This document shows positions 12,760-24,347 of a stretch of DNA of 64,000 nt, in pieces. Below the pieces are notes generated by a model. That model saw nothing but the letters and a program-made list of their open reading frames with translations, did not search any database and had not been told where the DNA came from. The DNA comes from Podarcis muralis (Eukaryota): positions 44,454,001-44,518,000 of the forward strand of contig NC_135656.1 in assembly GCF_964188315.1 (NCBI RefSeq), in the 5' to 3' direction. Each line of letters opens with the position of its first letter. The first letter of the stretch is position 1. The translations under genes and the position numbers were made by a program.

Positions 12760-14789
12760 GCACAAGGGACAACAAAAGGTTCTCCGTCCCATTCATAATT
12801 TGCATGCTCAGATGATGGAATTCATCAGCAATTGATACAATGATGTGAGCAGTTGCTTCATTGACTGGTACCTCAATTCGTTACTGTTTGACCTCACTGC
12901 CACTAAAGATTTTAACAAGGTTGTTTTGGGTATCTGAAAACCAAGCACAGAAAGAGTGTTTCTGCTGTGAATCCTATCCCGAGTTTATAAAGCACTCTGA
13001 GTTTTGCAAACTGATTTGCCCTCACATACGTTTTGTGCAGCAAATCACTATTTTTGCTTCTTTACATATGGAATAAATGAGGTGGGGGGAGATCGTTTGC
13101 CCAAAGCAACACCTTCTCTGATTTATTTATATTTAATGGCAGAAATATGGCTACTTGAGAAATAATTGCATTTTTTATTTAAAAAACTGTCATGATGAAT
13201 GTGCGTGCACACACACACTGGCCCTGATAAGCTTTTGCTAACGTTTCTTTTTTTAGTGGCAGGGCTTGTTTTGCTTTCAATGTGAGCAGCAAAGGTTGCA
13301 GAAAGGAAAGCTTTCCCCCAGAATGAGGATGCCGTTATACAAATTCTGCTAAATTCTTGTTTCTAGGCCAGCTGTAGCAAGGGCAAAGCAGACAGTTCCT
13401 GATATAGTAAATAGGACCAGTATTAAGTTACTTGTGAAGATAGTACCTGCTGGGCGGAAGCAACCTGGACTTAGGTGTACAAGGGGGGAAAGAATGTTTG
13501 CTGATCCTGGTGATGGATAAGAGTCTGCAGGGAAGAATCATAATGCTGTACTTCTCTGCCTGAAGGGACAGCCGTCATGTGGTAAACTCCCACCTGCTTT
13601 CCAGCTGCCGAGGAACTGAGGACCCTGAACAGGTGGGATATTGCATAGCTGAAGCAAGGATGGGGAAAGACTGAGAGGAATGAAACAGAATGTGTGATAT
13701 CTCTCTTGGTGAGGAATGGTACTAGAAGGATTTGGGCACTGATAGCTGTCCTGGCTCACAGAAGTGGGTGGGATTAGGGAGTTAAGAAGGGTGAGATGCA
13801 ATAGCTCGGGGGATTACAAACTTCTAGTTTACTTCCTTGCTTATGGCAGATTAGACATGTAAAACCTAGAGCAATTTGGAATAAAACTGCACACCAATCA
13901 ACACTCAGGGAATTTCTCATGTTTCTTAAGAGCCTACCTAGGTGTCATGCTTGAGAAGAAAATATAACAAATTAGAGAACAGGCCACAATGGTAATCCTA
14001 GAATTCTAGAATCAGAATCTGGAGAGTAGCGTTTACTTATTCAAGACCTTGTTGCCAAGTAAACAAAAGTGTCAGCTGAGTGGAACGCAGAATCTGGTGA
14101 TGCTTCTAGTGTTCACAGCAGCATCAAACTTTACATTTATACTGAAACTGGAGTAATGCATTGCTTGTCACTTATAAAATGCAGAGCTAGAAGTTTATGT
14201 CTGCCTTTCCACAATTCCAATGCCATATACACACAGATGAAAACAAATTATTTCTGAAATCACATGTCATTAGTTTCCAGAGTGTAAGGCACATCTTTGG
14301 GTAGAGTCATGCTGAACCAAGAGTTGAGATGAATGGTAGAAAGGCTGAAAAGTGAAGCATCCTTGTAACGTGTTTACAAACCCAGCAAGATAATGAGATA
14401 CAAACCTCCATGGCCACTCACCCTTGGTTTATTATCGTATTCAGCTATAGACACGTTCCAGAGTCTTGCAAACTTCAGCTCCCATATCTGGTGGCATGGA
14501 AGTGGAGATTTAAAAGTACTTTGATTTCTTTGACCTGCGGAAGGCACATAATGGCTATGTTATGTCACTGTGAGACATGTGGGCAGGAACTGGCAGTAAG
14601 TATCCTGGCTGCAGGAAATCTGATTTTGGGGCTCACAACATGGGAAAGGCAACAGTTTACAAAATTAAAACATTTAAAAACTCACTTTTTATTCTTATTA
14701 AAGCTTTCGGTTCTTATTTTTTCTTACCGCCTACCAGCAGATGCTTAATTTAAGAAATAATCAGCATATTGCTAGGCGTGTTCAACTTT

Positions 14790-15140
14790 AAAGGTAAAGG
14801 GACCCCTGACCATTAGGTCCAGTCAAGGCTGACTCTGGGATTGCGGCGCTCATCTCGCTTTATTGGCTGAAGGAGCCGGCGTACGGCTTCCAGGTCATGT
14901 GGCCAGCATGACTAAGTAGCTTCTGGCAAACTAGAGCAGCACACGGAAACGCCGTTTACCTTCCCGCTGGAGCGGTACCTATTTATCTACTTGCACTTTG
15001 ATGTGCTTTCAAACTGCTAGGTTGGCAGGAGCTGGGACTGAGCAATGGCAGCTTACCCCGTCAGGGGGATTCAAACTGCCGACCTTCTGATCGGCAAGCC
15101 CTAGGCTCTGTGGTTTAACCCACAGCGCCACCCGCGTCCC
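14790..15140 (-). mobile_element. Sauria SINE, full length
   Basis: tRNA-like head GGGACGCGGGTGGCGCTGTGGG, B-box-like GTTTGAATCC, Bov-B-like 3' part and (ACCTTT)n tail. Near-TSD gtgttcaac(t/c)tt on both sides. Confidence 0.9.
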
Positions 15141-15210
15141 TTGTGTTCAACCTTACTACTATATAATAAGATTAATTTTATAAATCGCAATACCCTAAAA
15201 CAGTTTAAGT

Positions 15211-15349
15211 CAGGGGTGGGGGACCTGTGTCCTTCCAGATGTTGCCAGACTACAACACCCATCATTCTTAACCATTGGCTATGCTGCCTGGGACTCATGG
15301 GAGTTGGAGCATAGTGACCTCTGAAAGGCCACAGGTTTTCCCATCCCTG
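15211..15349. mobile_element. hAT-type palindromic MITE (older copy)
   Basis: CAGGGGTGGGGACCTG...CAGGTTTTCCCATCCCTG termini and imperfect 8-bp flanks gtttaagt/atttaaat. Related decayed copies lie near 6767-6900, 18130-18240, 45605-45741 and 51724-51856. Confidence 0.65.
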
Positions 15350-17174
15350 ATTTAAATGGACAGAAGAGCAGTATTTTGGGGGGGGGGGACGGACCTAAAA
15401 GAGTTTCTTTCTTACTGGGTTTCCTCCACCTTTGTGAAATTAATCCAATGGCTGCAGATTGCCTTCCCCATTTCTAGAGCCTCACTAAGGTACCCCCTCC
15501 CAGAGGCAAATTCACCTGCAAGGTTGACTCCTGGCATAACAAGCTCCAGTGGTGTCCCTAGAAGTAGCTAGTTTACAGAGGTGATCTTTCTTAGCGTAGT
15601 CATTGGTTGTAACTATATTGTAAGAGAGCCATCTCACATGAATTTATTGGAGAAGATCAAAGTCTTAAAATAATTACCAGGTATATGAGATCTGTAAAAA
15701 AAGGATGAACTTCCTTCTGAGTGGATCTCTGAGAACTCTCTTTAACAGCTGCCCAACTGTCAAAACATCAGAATCTCGGAATACCCAGTGGAAGTCTTTA
15801 CCATTGCTTAAAGGTATGGCATCAGCAGCAGAGTCTTCACTCCAAGTATGGATGTGCTATGACTACTCAGCTTCTTCCCGAGTGTTAAGGCTGCCCAACA
15901 TGCTTGAAGGATGTAGGAGGAAGAGAATAAAATTTAACACGTGCTCCTCGCTTGCTAAGCTTAGTCAGGGCATATGAATATGCATCATGAGCACAGAATT
16001 CCTTATTTTGGGATGTAAAGCTGCAATCCTAACCGCATGTCCTCAGAAATGAATCCTAGTGAATTCAGTGGTGCATAATCTAAATTGGAAGCAGTGCATT
16101 GAAGAAGATTCACTGTTCTGTTTGGAAGAAGCATTTGTTAAAGCAGTCTAGGCCATATTATCACCCATAAATATCTACAATGTCACCACTGCTCAAGCTG
16201 ATTCTCACTTGATTGCATGTGATACTTCTTCCACTGTAAAGATAACCACGACCCCTCTAGCTGTGTGGAAGAGGATGTCCCTGTCCCTCCCCAGTTCAGT
16301 GGAACAGACCACCAATGAAGTAGTACAAAAACAATATTGGGTGTCACTTTTTGCAGTCTGTTGTAGGATCAGTGCATACAATGGATTTTTTAAAGAAGTA
16401 TTCTAATGTGGAAGTCTAGCACAAGAACCTCTTCTTGCACAGTTCTCTAACAAGTCTTGTAGAAGAGCTCAGTATTAAACCAAAAAAACAAATGGAAATA
16501 GATACTGCTTCCCGTCAAGAAAATAAGTCCCCATTTTACCCATGGAGAAACATGGTATCTAAGGCTGGTAAATGTTTTCTCTTGCGCACTTGCAGGTACG
16601 GGTACAGAAATGAATATGCCCAGTACAGAAAAGGTTGGGGGGAATTTGACTGAGGTGAGAGGGAAACACAGCTCTGCTACATTCTGATAAACTGATCAAT
16701 GGTGTGGAAGAGCAGTGAATATTGACAACTGGAAAAACACATGGCAACATTTCTTGTTCACCTCCTGGAAGTGCACACCAAAAAAATTGGATTTTTATTA
16801 TTCATTTGTTATGTAAGGTCCGTATCGGGAAGCACCGACAAAACGTTCCTAAGGGTTGAAAATGCAAATGGAAAGCCACCCACCCTCAGCTGATTGGAAA
16901 AAAAACATACCTGGATTTCTGTACATTTAAAACTGCATGGCATCGTTTGCTTGTATGTGCAGTGAGCATGTTAAAAGGCACTTTTATTTACTTGTGAAAA
17001 CACCAGTGCTTGGTTGCAAAATTGTATTGTTCAGGCAGCACCTTGTGCAATGAAGATGGTAGTCACTAGGTGGCAGTATACATACAACATTAAAGCCTCA
17101 AGTGGCTGATACATGTCGGTTTCTATATCTTCTTTCCCTTACCAATTATTTATTATTCATTAACAGCATTGCCT

Positions 17175-17350
17175 CCCCTCCAAGGATTTCAAAGCAGCAC
17201 ACATGCTTCTGCCCTTCCTCCATTTTATCCTCACAACAACCCTGTGAGGTAGGTTTGGCTGAGGGATAGTGATGGGCTCAAAGTTACCAAGTGAGCTAAG
17301 GGGGGATTTGAACCCGAGTTTCCTTGGCCTTAATCCAACACTCCACCATA
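17175..17350 (-). mobile_element. MIR/CORE-like squamate SINE (Squam3-like)
   Basis: CORE-like cctccattttatcctcacaacaaccctgtgaggtagg...ggatttgaaccc. A forward relative lies at about 26020-26130. Confidence 0.6.
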
Positions 17351-18417
17351 CCTAACTAACTTCAGCTGAGATTTGCAGTAGCTGTGAGGGCAAAATTATG
17401 GGACACAAAAAGATTCAGGGGAAATAATATTCTGATCATTCTGTGTTGTGATCTCTTGAAGACACTTCAGTGTTGAGCTCCTGATTTTGAATATCATAAT
17501 CTTTTTTCCGCTGTTAAAATAATGTGGTCATCTACATCTTTCTTTATAAATTATTCCTTTTCCGTTTGCCTTTGGGGGTTTCTTAGTGTCTCATTAGGCG
17601 GAGAACTGTGATCATTCTCAAATGTCACAGTTGTGGGCAACCTTTTGGGAGTTCTCCAGAACACTTCATCAGGATAGATTCTGAGCAAAACAAAAGGTGT
17701 TTTAGAAAAACCCAGTGATGTTATCATCTGAGTTTGCATTGATTTAAGATGGAGAACAAGAGACTTGATTAGATTAGCCAAAGGAGGGGCTGTGCCTGAC
17801 AGGTTTCAGGATACATGCAGATTATTGGGACAGATAAGCAAAATTGGGTCTTTCGTTTTTGAAAAAGTTTGGGAAACACTGATCTAAATGATTTGGGGAG
17901 GGGGCATTACAATTTTAAAGTTTTTATAATTTGTCATTTTGTAAATGGATATGTTTCAACATATACCGGTACTTGGATTGCCTTACTGGGTTTGGGGGGA
18001 ATTATATTGCAATGGCGACTGGCCACAAATGATGAAAAATCTGACTGCTCAGAATTTATAAGCTAGGCTGATTCTTTAAGGGGACCCACAGACTGACACA
18101 AAGAAACACCAAGGCTTAGATTGAGGTAGGCAACATGGTGCCTACCAGACTCTGTTGGACTCCAACTCCCATCAGCCCCTTTCAGCTTAGCCAATGTTCA
18201 GAGATGTTTGGAATTGTAGTTCATCAAACATGTGCTCACCATGTGCTTATCATCTATAAACGTGATAGCAGTGCCTCTGGGACACAGTCCAGGCTAAGAC
18301 TGTTTCTGCAAAGATGGGACTATTTCAAAGATGAATGTACATTATTGCAGCTCTCATTTTCCATGTCCGACTCCCTGTTAGAGTTGGCTGGTGTTGCTGT
18401 TGTCGACAGTCTTCCCT

Positions 18418-19660
18418 TTATATTTCATTGAGATATTCCTGGTCAGGATAGATCAGAAAGCCAGTGAAAAGGCTGTCTGTCCAGTAAGGGTCATAAAAGA
18501 GTCCGTTCTGTTCCGAGTAGAATATCTGCAGCCAGACCTCATCATCCTGCTTCAAGGACAGGATAGTCGATCCAGAAGCTATGTCATGGTTCCCTGTGTT
18601 GGCATCAAATGTTTTTATTCTGTACTGCCCGTTGTGCACCAGCCCAATGGCCAAGTGTTTATTGGCCAAAGTGATGTCGTAAGTGAAGTAGTAGATGCCG
18701 GGGATGCTGCAGACAAATTTCCCGCTGGAACTGTTGTAGTTTGCACCTTCGTTCATGAGGATCTTGTCAAATTTGATGGGCAGCCTCTCTCTCGGGTAGC
18801 TTTTGGTCACTGCAACAGAGAAGGCAGATTTGGCTTTGTTTGCCCCACAGCTGCAGGGGCCTGGCATCCCAGGGTCCCCGAGGGCTCCTTTGGGGCCTTT
18901 CTTCCCCACACCTCCGCTTTTCCCGGGGTTCCCCTTCAGGCCCTTTGGACCACGAGGACCAGCTTTGCCGATGGCTCCCACCTTTCCCTTTGGCCCTGGC
19001 TTGCCAGCATTTCCTGTCTTGCCTTGTGGACCTAGGAGAGAAATGGACTTCCGTAAGTAACTGGACGCTTAGCTGCCACTGGAGTTTTAGGGTGTTTCCA
19101 AGACATTGCTACGTGCAGGGGCAATAGCTGCGGTCCAGGATGTGCAATAGGAATTCCTTTCAATAGCAGATTCTGTCTGTATTGGGGGGGGGCAGGGCAG
19201 CATTTAGCTATTTTCACTGCTTTAAAGTGTCAGTATCTGAGCCTGGAATATTAGTATACATGATAACACACACACACAAAATAGGTTCTGGACTTTTAAA
19301 AACATGGTTTGAATCCAACCCTGCACAAAACAAGTTCTGCTCATGCTCACCAAGTTCAATTTCTCCCTCCTCTCCCTGTGCCACCCCCAATCTGCTGTGT
19401 GTGTGTGTGTGGGGGTGTCCTTCAACCCTCTGTAGCAGATTTTGAGGGTAGGTGAGGGGCTACAGGGGAGAGGAGGGGGAATCTGTCGCACATGTGGAAG
19501 TCTGCTGTGTGAGCTGAGCAGAAATGTTGGAAACATGCCACTATTTTTAACAGAAAAAGATGGAGCGCTGACTCCTGTTTGAAGGCAGAAACACAATTCC
19601 CGTAATTCTTTGCCCCATAATTCCCTTTCGCAGTTTTAATACTGTGGCTAATCACTTGGC

Positions 19661-19704
<44 letters not shown>

Positions 19705-20389
19705 CTGTTGTTCCATTTTTCAGAGACAATGACACATCTTATAGCGTCATCCTTGCTCAGACTATGCGAGATATTAGCACCTGTGTCATTTTGGTGCCTG
19801 GTTTCTCCAAGAGTCTTGTGAGAAGCTCAAGCCTCACGACTAAAGAAAAGAGACCCACCATAGTTTTCAAACAATAAGATCTCCAAAATTCCAAACATGC
19901 AGACGTAATGTCTGCTGCACTGGTAAAAAGTCCAGTTTTGTTTGTTGCACCATTTGGTTTAGAAGGGATGTGGCTGTTAGGAGTGTCATGGAAAGTACCT
20001 GCACTTCAAAATTTAACAATACACCATTAATAAGGGGAGGTAGACACCCAACTGGGACTGTGTTGGGATTGACCCATTTGGATGCTCCTGCTTTGTGTCA
20101 CCATTGCGACAGACTGAGCTTTAAAGGGGAGCGGTAGTCTCTTACCTTCCTCCCCTGTCTCCCCTTTCTCCCCGTCCTTTCCATCTTGTCCGTCTTTTCC
20201 TGGGAAACCCATCCTTCCCATCGTCCCGGGGGAACCTGGAGCTCCAGGCACACCAGGAGGGCCTTGTGGTCCTGGCACGCTGCAGATGACCTGCTTGGAA
20301 CCTTTCTGGCTTTCTGCTTTCGCAAAGCTGCTGACGAGCTGACTGGCCACGCAGGGCACAATCCAGACAATCAGAACCAGGGAGATCAT
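18418..20389 (-). CDS. C1QTNF2: Complement C1q/TNF-related protein 2 (CTRP2); coding exons 20146-20389 and 18418-19031
   Basis: Signal peptide [16 protein letters not shown], Gly-X-Y collagen repeats and a C1q globular domain ([11 protein letters not shown]...[16 protein letters not shown]...[10 protein letters not shown]). 244+614 = 858 nt = 285 aa plus stop, with a phase-1 GT-AG intron. Confidence 0.96.
19661..19703. repeat. (AAT)n microsatellite
   Basis: About 14 perfect units in the C1QTNF2 intron. Confidence 0.95.
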
Positions 20390-21157
20390 GGTGACGCCTG
20401 TAAGAAATTAAAGGCAGACAGTTATGGGCTTGTATTGCAGCAGGCACACGTAAGCGCCACAAGGTTCAGAGCAGACAGGGTTCAAATCCATATGCATCCC
20501 AGGGTCCATGTCCAAAGAGCTCTTGATGGGAAAGGGCTGACTTGAGCATACAGGCAGATGATGGCGGAGCTGCTTGGGTGGCACAGTTCTGCTAGGCACA
20601 GCACATGAACCTGATCTTTCTCAAGAGCATTCCAGAATCTTCTGCAATGCCACAGAGGCTGATGTCGTGCTGGGAGCCAGCCACACTGGAATAAAGACCC
20701 AAGGCTGGGTTAGCAATATCCAATCAACACGTGGCCTGCCCTAACACGCCAAAGCCTTTGTGAAGCCTTGTGTGCAAATTCTCTCTGGTTTAATGAGAAA
20801 CTTGTCATTTAGCTTTTTATTCATCCTCTCCCCAGACTGCCAAAATCCCCGCCTAGTTCTTTCTGGTGTCACGTTGCCCTTCCGATGCTGTTTGGATTTT
20901 GAGAGTTTGCAGCATGAGGAAGATGAAGTTAAACAGAAGTGCTTTTGAATTTGTGTGGGTTAGTGGGTCGTCCTTTTGAATTTGTAGCACGGCCATGGGC
21001 AAAATAAATAGCTTTAAACAGGTCACACCTGAAGTAGAGGAAGCTGGTGCGAGCCAGGAAGCTGACGTTCAGGTCTTTTTATCTGTTTCCTTCCTTCCCT
21101 GCCAAATTCCTGGGCAGCTCTTAACTACTGCCATGATGCTAACTGCCAATCAAGTCC

Positions 21158-21337
21158 CATAGCTGTCAACTTTCAGATTTGAAAATAAGGGATCAGTAGC
21201 CTCGAAAATAAGGGATCAGCAGCCTCACCTGTCCTGGGGACAGTCTACGGGATATCTAACAATCCAGGATAGCAGTGGGAAGCATGGCGCTGGAATAAGG
21301 GAATTTCCCACAAAAAAAGGGAAGGTTGACAGCTATG
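21158..21337. mobile_element. hAT-type MITE, second family
   Basis: 13-bp TIR catagctgtcaac/gttgacagctatg with a perfect 8-bp TSD tcaagtcc (21150-21157, 21338-21345). A shorter relative lies at about 44615-44706. Confidence 0.85.
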
Positions 21338-21889
21338 TCAAGTCCTCCTTAGACATATGAACTACATAGGTTGCTTTAGGCAAGTATCATTTTCCATTTG
21401 CTGTAAGGGGATTACTGGAGATAATTAATATGGAGTCCTTTGAGGACTCTTGACTGTGATGTAAATGCTAAGCATTATTGCATTACTACAATTACCATTA
21501 AGACTGCTATCACCATCTTCTCAGCTTCAGGAAACGGACATAAACTACAAAATAGGAGAAATAAGTGACTTGCCTTCCCAGGATGTTCTGAAGATAAAAC
21601 AATGACTATGCAGCATCTTAGATGCATTTGAAAGGTAAAGGCAATTCATTAATAAAACTCTGATCTTAAACATGGTTAAGTCATGGAACAGGGTACTATG
21701 TGATTTTGGCTTTATTTCTGTTAAATAAACCATGTGTCATCGATTATCTGAGATTGCATTTACCTAATTTTAAGACCTGCTAAGAGATGGATGATTGTTA
21801 TTATGTCCTGATATGTAAAGCCACAGAATTCAAACAGGGTGTACTTTTTTTTTACCCTGACTGTATGTAAGAATAAACTTACATACAGT

Positions 21890-21927
21890 GTATCTGAAGA
21901 AGTGTGCATGCACACGAAAGCTCATAC
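21890..21927 (+). ncRNA. Minimal type I hammerhead ribozyme motif
   Basis: Stem I GUAU/AUAC, core CUGAAGA(A), stem II GUGUGC-AU-GCACAC, then GAAA and a self-complementary AGCU stem III, with predicted cleavage after C21923. Confidence 0.65.
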
Positions 21928-22017
21928 CAAGAACTAACTTAGTTGGTCTTTAAGGTGCTACTGGAAGGATTTTTTTTTGTTTTGACTATGGCAGACCAAC
22001 ACGGCTACCCATCTGTA
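21890..22017 (+). mobile_element. Penelope-like element terminal (pLTR) fragment
   Basis: gtatctgaagaagtgtgcatgcacacgaaagctcatacc...agttggtctttaaggtgctactgg..., flanked by the direct repeat actgtatgtaagaat (21860-21874, 22018-22032). Family assignment is from recall of reptile Penelope termini. Confidence 0.7.
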
Positions 22018-22046
22018 ACTGTATGTAAGAATGTTTGTGTGATATA

Positions 22047-22266
22047 CAGTGGTACCTCGGGTTACATACGCTTCAGGTTACAGACTCTGCTAACCCAGAA
22101 ATAGTACTTCGGGTTAAGAACTTTGCTTTAGGATGAGAACAGAAATTGCGCAGTGGCTGCGCAGCAGGAGGCCCCATTAGCTAAAGTGGTGCTTCAGGTT
22201 AAGAACAGTTTCAGGTTAAGAACGGACCTCCAGAACGAATTAAGTACTTAACCCGAGGTACCACTG
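22047..22266 (+). mobile_element. Tc1/mariner (pogo/Tigger-like) MITE, copy 1
   Basis: TIR CAGTGGTACCTCGGGTTA, TA on both sides. Confidence 0.88.
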
Positions 22267-22670
22267 TATATGAATGGGTGTCATTTCCTGCTCTGAGCTG
22301 TAGAGATGGGAGGAGTATAAATTCCAGTAACAGAACATAAAAAATAAGACTGTCATCACTTCCCAAGCCTATCCTTAGATCTGGGCTGGTAGGGAAGAAA
22401 TTGTGTGTGCGTGGCTTATCGGGGGCGGGGGGCGGGAATGAAACACACACTGAATCCTTTGCCATGGATCTTCTCATTTCAAATCACTTGCTGGAGAAAT
22501 GTGTTACAAATTAATGTTATTTAGGGATTAAGAGCATGCAAAAGCAGGCTGGGGGTGGGGCTAATTTCTGAAAAGCCCCCCCCCCCATTTCCCTCTTTTT
22601 CCAGCTGCTTTGCACATACTGAGCAGTTACTGGTGTATTGCTCCATTAATACTACAGAATTATTGTACTA

Positions 22671-22912
22671 CAGTGGTACCTCAGGTTACATACTCTTCAG
22701 GTTACATACGCTTCAGGTTACAGACTCCGCTAATCCAGAAATATTACCTCAGGTTAAGAACTTTGCTTCAGGTTGAGAACAGAAATAATGCTCCGGCGGT
22801 GTGGCGGCAGCAGGAGGCCCCATTAGCTAAGGTGGTGCTTCAGGTTAAGAACAGTTTCAGGTTAAGAATGGACCTCCGGAACGAATTAAGTACTTAACCT
22901 GAGGTACCACTG
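22671..22912 (+). mobile_element. Tigger-like MITE, copy 2
   Basis: Same TIRs and body, TA TSD. Confidence 0.88.
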
Positions 22913-23457
22913 TACTGTAATACTTGATGTCTGAAATACACAAGCTGGTGCCTATTGAATACCATCTCCTCTTGTACCTTTTCAAAACCAGATGTATAAA
23001 CTTCATCAAATTCTCATGCCCCTTTTGTTAGCCAGAGGGATGGAGGGGTCACAACCGGGGCCTCAGACATAAAACCTGCCAGAGCTCGATCCGTAAAAAA
23101 AGGAGAGTAATGAGAAGTGAATGGGTCTGGACATCTGCAAAGTATTTCCCCGTCACGGGGAATGACAGCATTAAGCAATGACAGCCAATCCACACACACA
23201 TCTGAGTTTTACAGTCAGAATTTCCAGGTCAAGGACTGTAGCCTCCAGGCAGACTTAATTTTTAAAGCACTGAGAAGCCAGAATAAATATATGTTGCTTC
23301 CACTCCACCAGTGGTAATATCAGCATTTATAACTTTGCTTCTTAGGCGGATAAATCCAGCAGTTGAGAAACAGCAGAGCAGAAGGGAGCCGTGGAGCCAT
23401 CACTGAATCTAAAGGCCAGCCACTTTTGCTGGATAGAATGGAAAGCAGGGAAGGTGG

Positions 23458-24347
23458 TGTTATAAGAATTTTAATGTCTCAAATATAGAATAAATATTCA
23501 TAAATGCACACATATCTAAATATATGAGCCATGTGTCTGAAATAGTATGGGAGAGCAATCCTGAAGCCATTTTGACTCTCCCAACGACCTCAAATATTCC
23601 CCTGCAGGAAGGGAGGCAAATGGGGAAAGCCTTCCCATTGTCTTTTTTGCTTGCAAATCCTGCCTTAAGGGCATATTTGTGTATGAATAGGGTGAGCCTG
23701 TGACCTGGATTCAGGAACAAAAGTATTAACCATCGCAAAAGAATTGCCAGACTGCCCAGGTAATGTAATCAGTGACCTTTATCAGGTATCCTGGCAGGCA
23801 GGATTTGTGCTGTAGATTGCCTCCTTCTTTGATATATGTGGTAAAAGGTAAAGGTAAAGGTAAAGGACTCCAGACGGTAAAGTCCAATCAAAGGTGACTA
23901 TGGGGTAGCGGCTCTCATCTTGCTTTCAGGCTGAGGGAGCCGGCGTTTGTCCACAGACAGCTTTCCGGGTCATGTGGCCAGCATGACTAAACCGCTTCTG
24001 GCACAACGGAACACCGTGACGGAAACCAGAATGCATGGAAATGTGATATATGTATGATGTTTTAGGGTGTGGTGGTCTCAGGCTACAGGGTGGGCAATTT
24101 CAAAAGTCTAGATAAGGGCTTGTGGACCATTGTTCAGGGTTCTCCTCCCTCCTGCATGTGGGGAGTGGGGACTGTGTTGCAACAGTTCCTTGAATAAAGA
24201 TCAGGCTTACTAGCTGCTTTGCTTCTCAATATACGTACTCTGGTTGGCCTCTGTTATTTTCTCCTACCGATAGGGAACCTACTTAAGGACTCTATACGGG
24301 CTCTGGAATACCCCATAAGGGAAAGGGAGCAGTTTTTTCTTACAACA
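23458..24347 (+). mobile_element. Solo LTR (4-bp TSD class) interrupted by a SINE
   Basis: Termini TGTTATAAGAA...TTCTTACAACA (11-bp inverted repeat, 1 mismatch), 4-bp TSD gtgg (23454-23457, 24348-24351), AATAAA at 24193-24198. Confidence 0.75.
23842..24043 (-). mobile_element. 5'-truncated Sauria SINE nested in the solo LTR
   Basis: (AAAGGT)n tail and SINE 3' body, with 10-bp TSD tgatatatgt (23830-23839, 24044-24053). Confidence 0.82.

Noticed and set aside
18391-19035. 214-aa plus-strand ORF
   Set aside because: Exactly overlaps the last C1QTNF2 coding exon in antisense.
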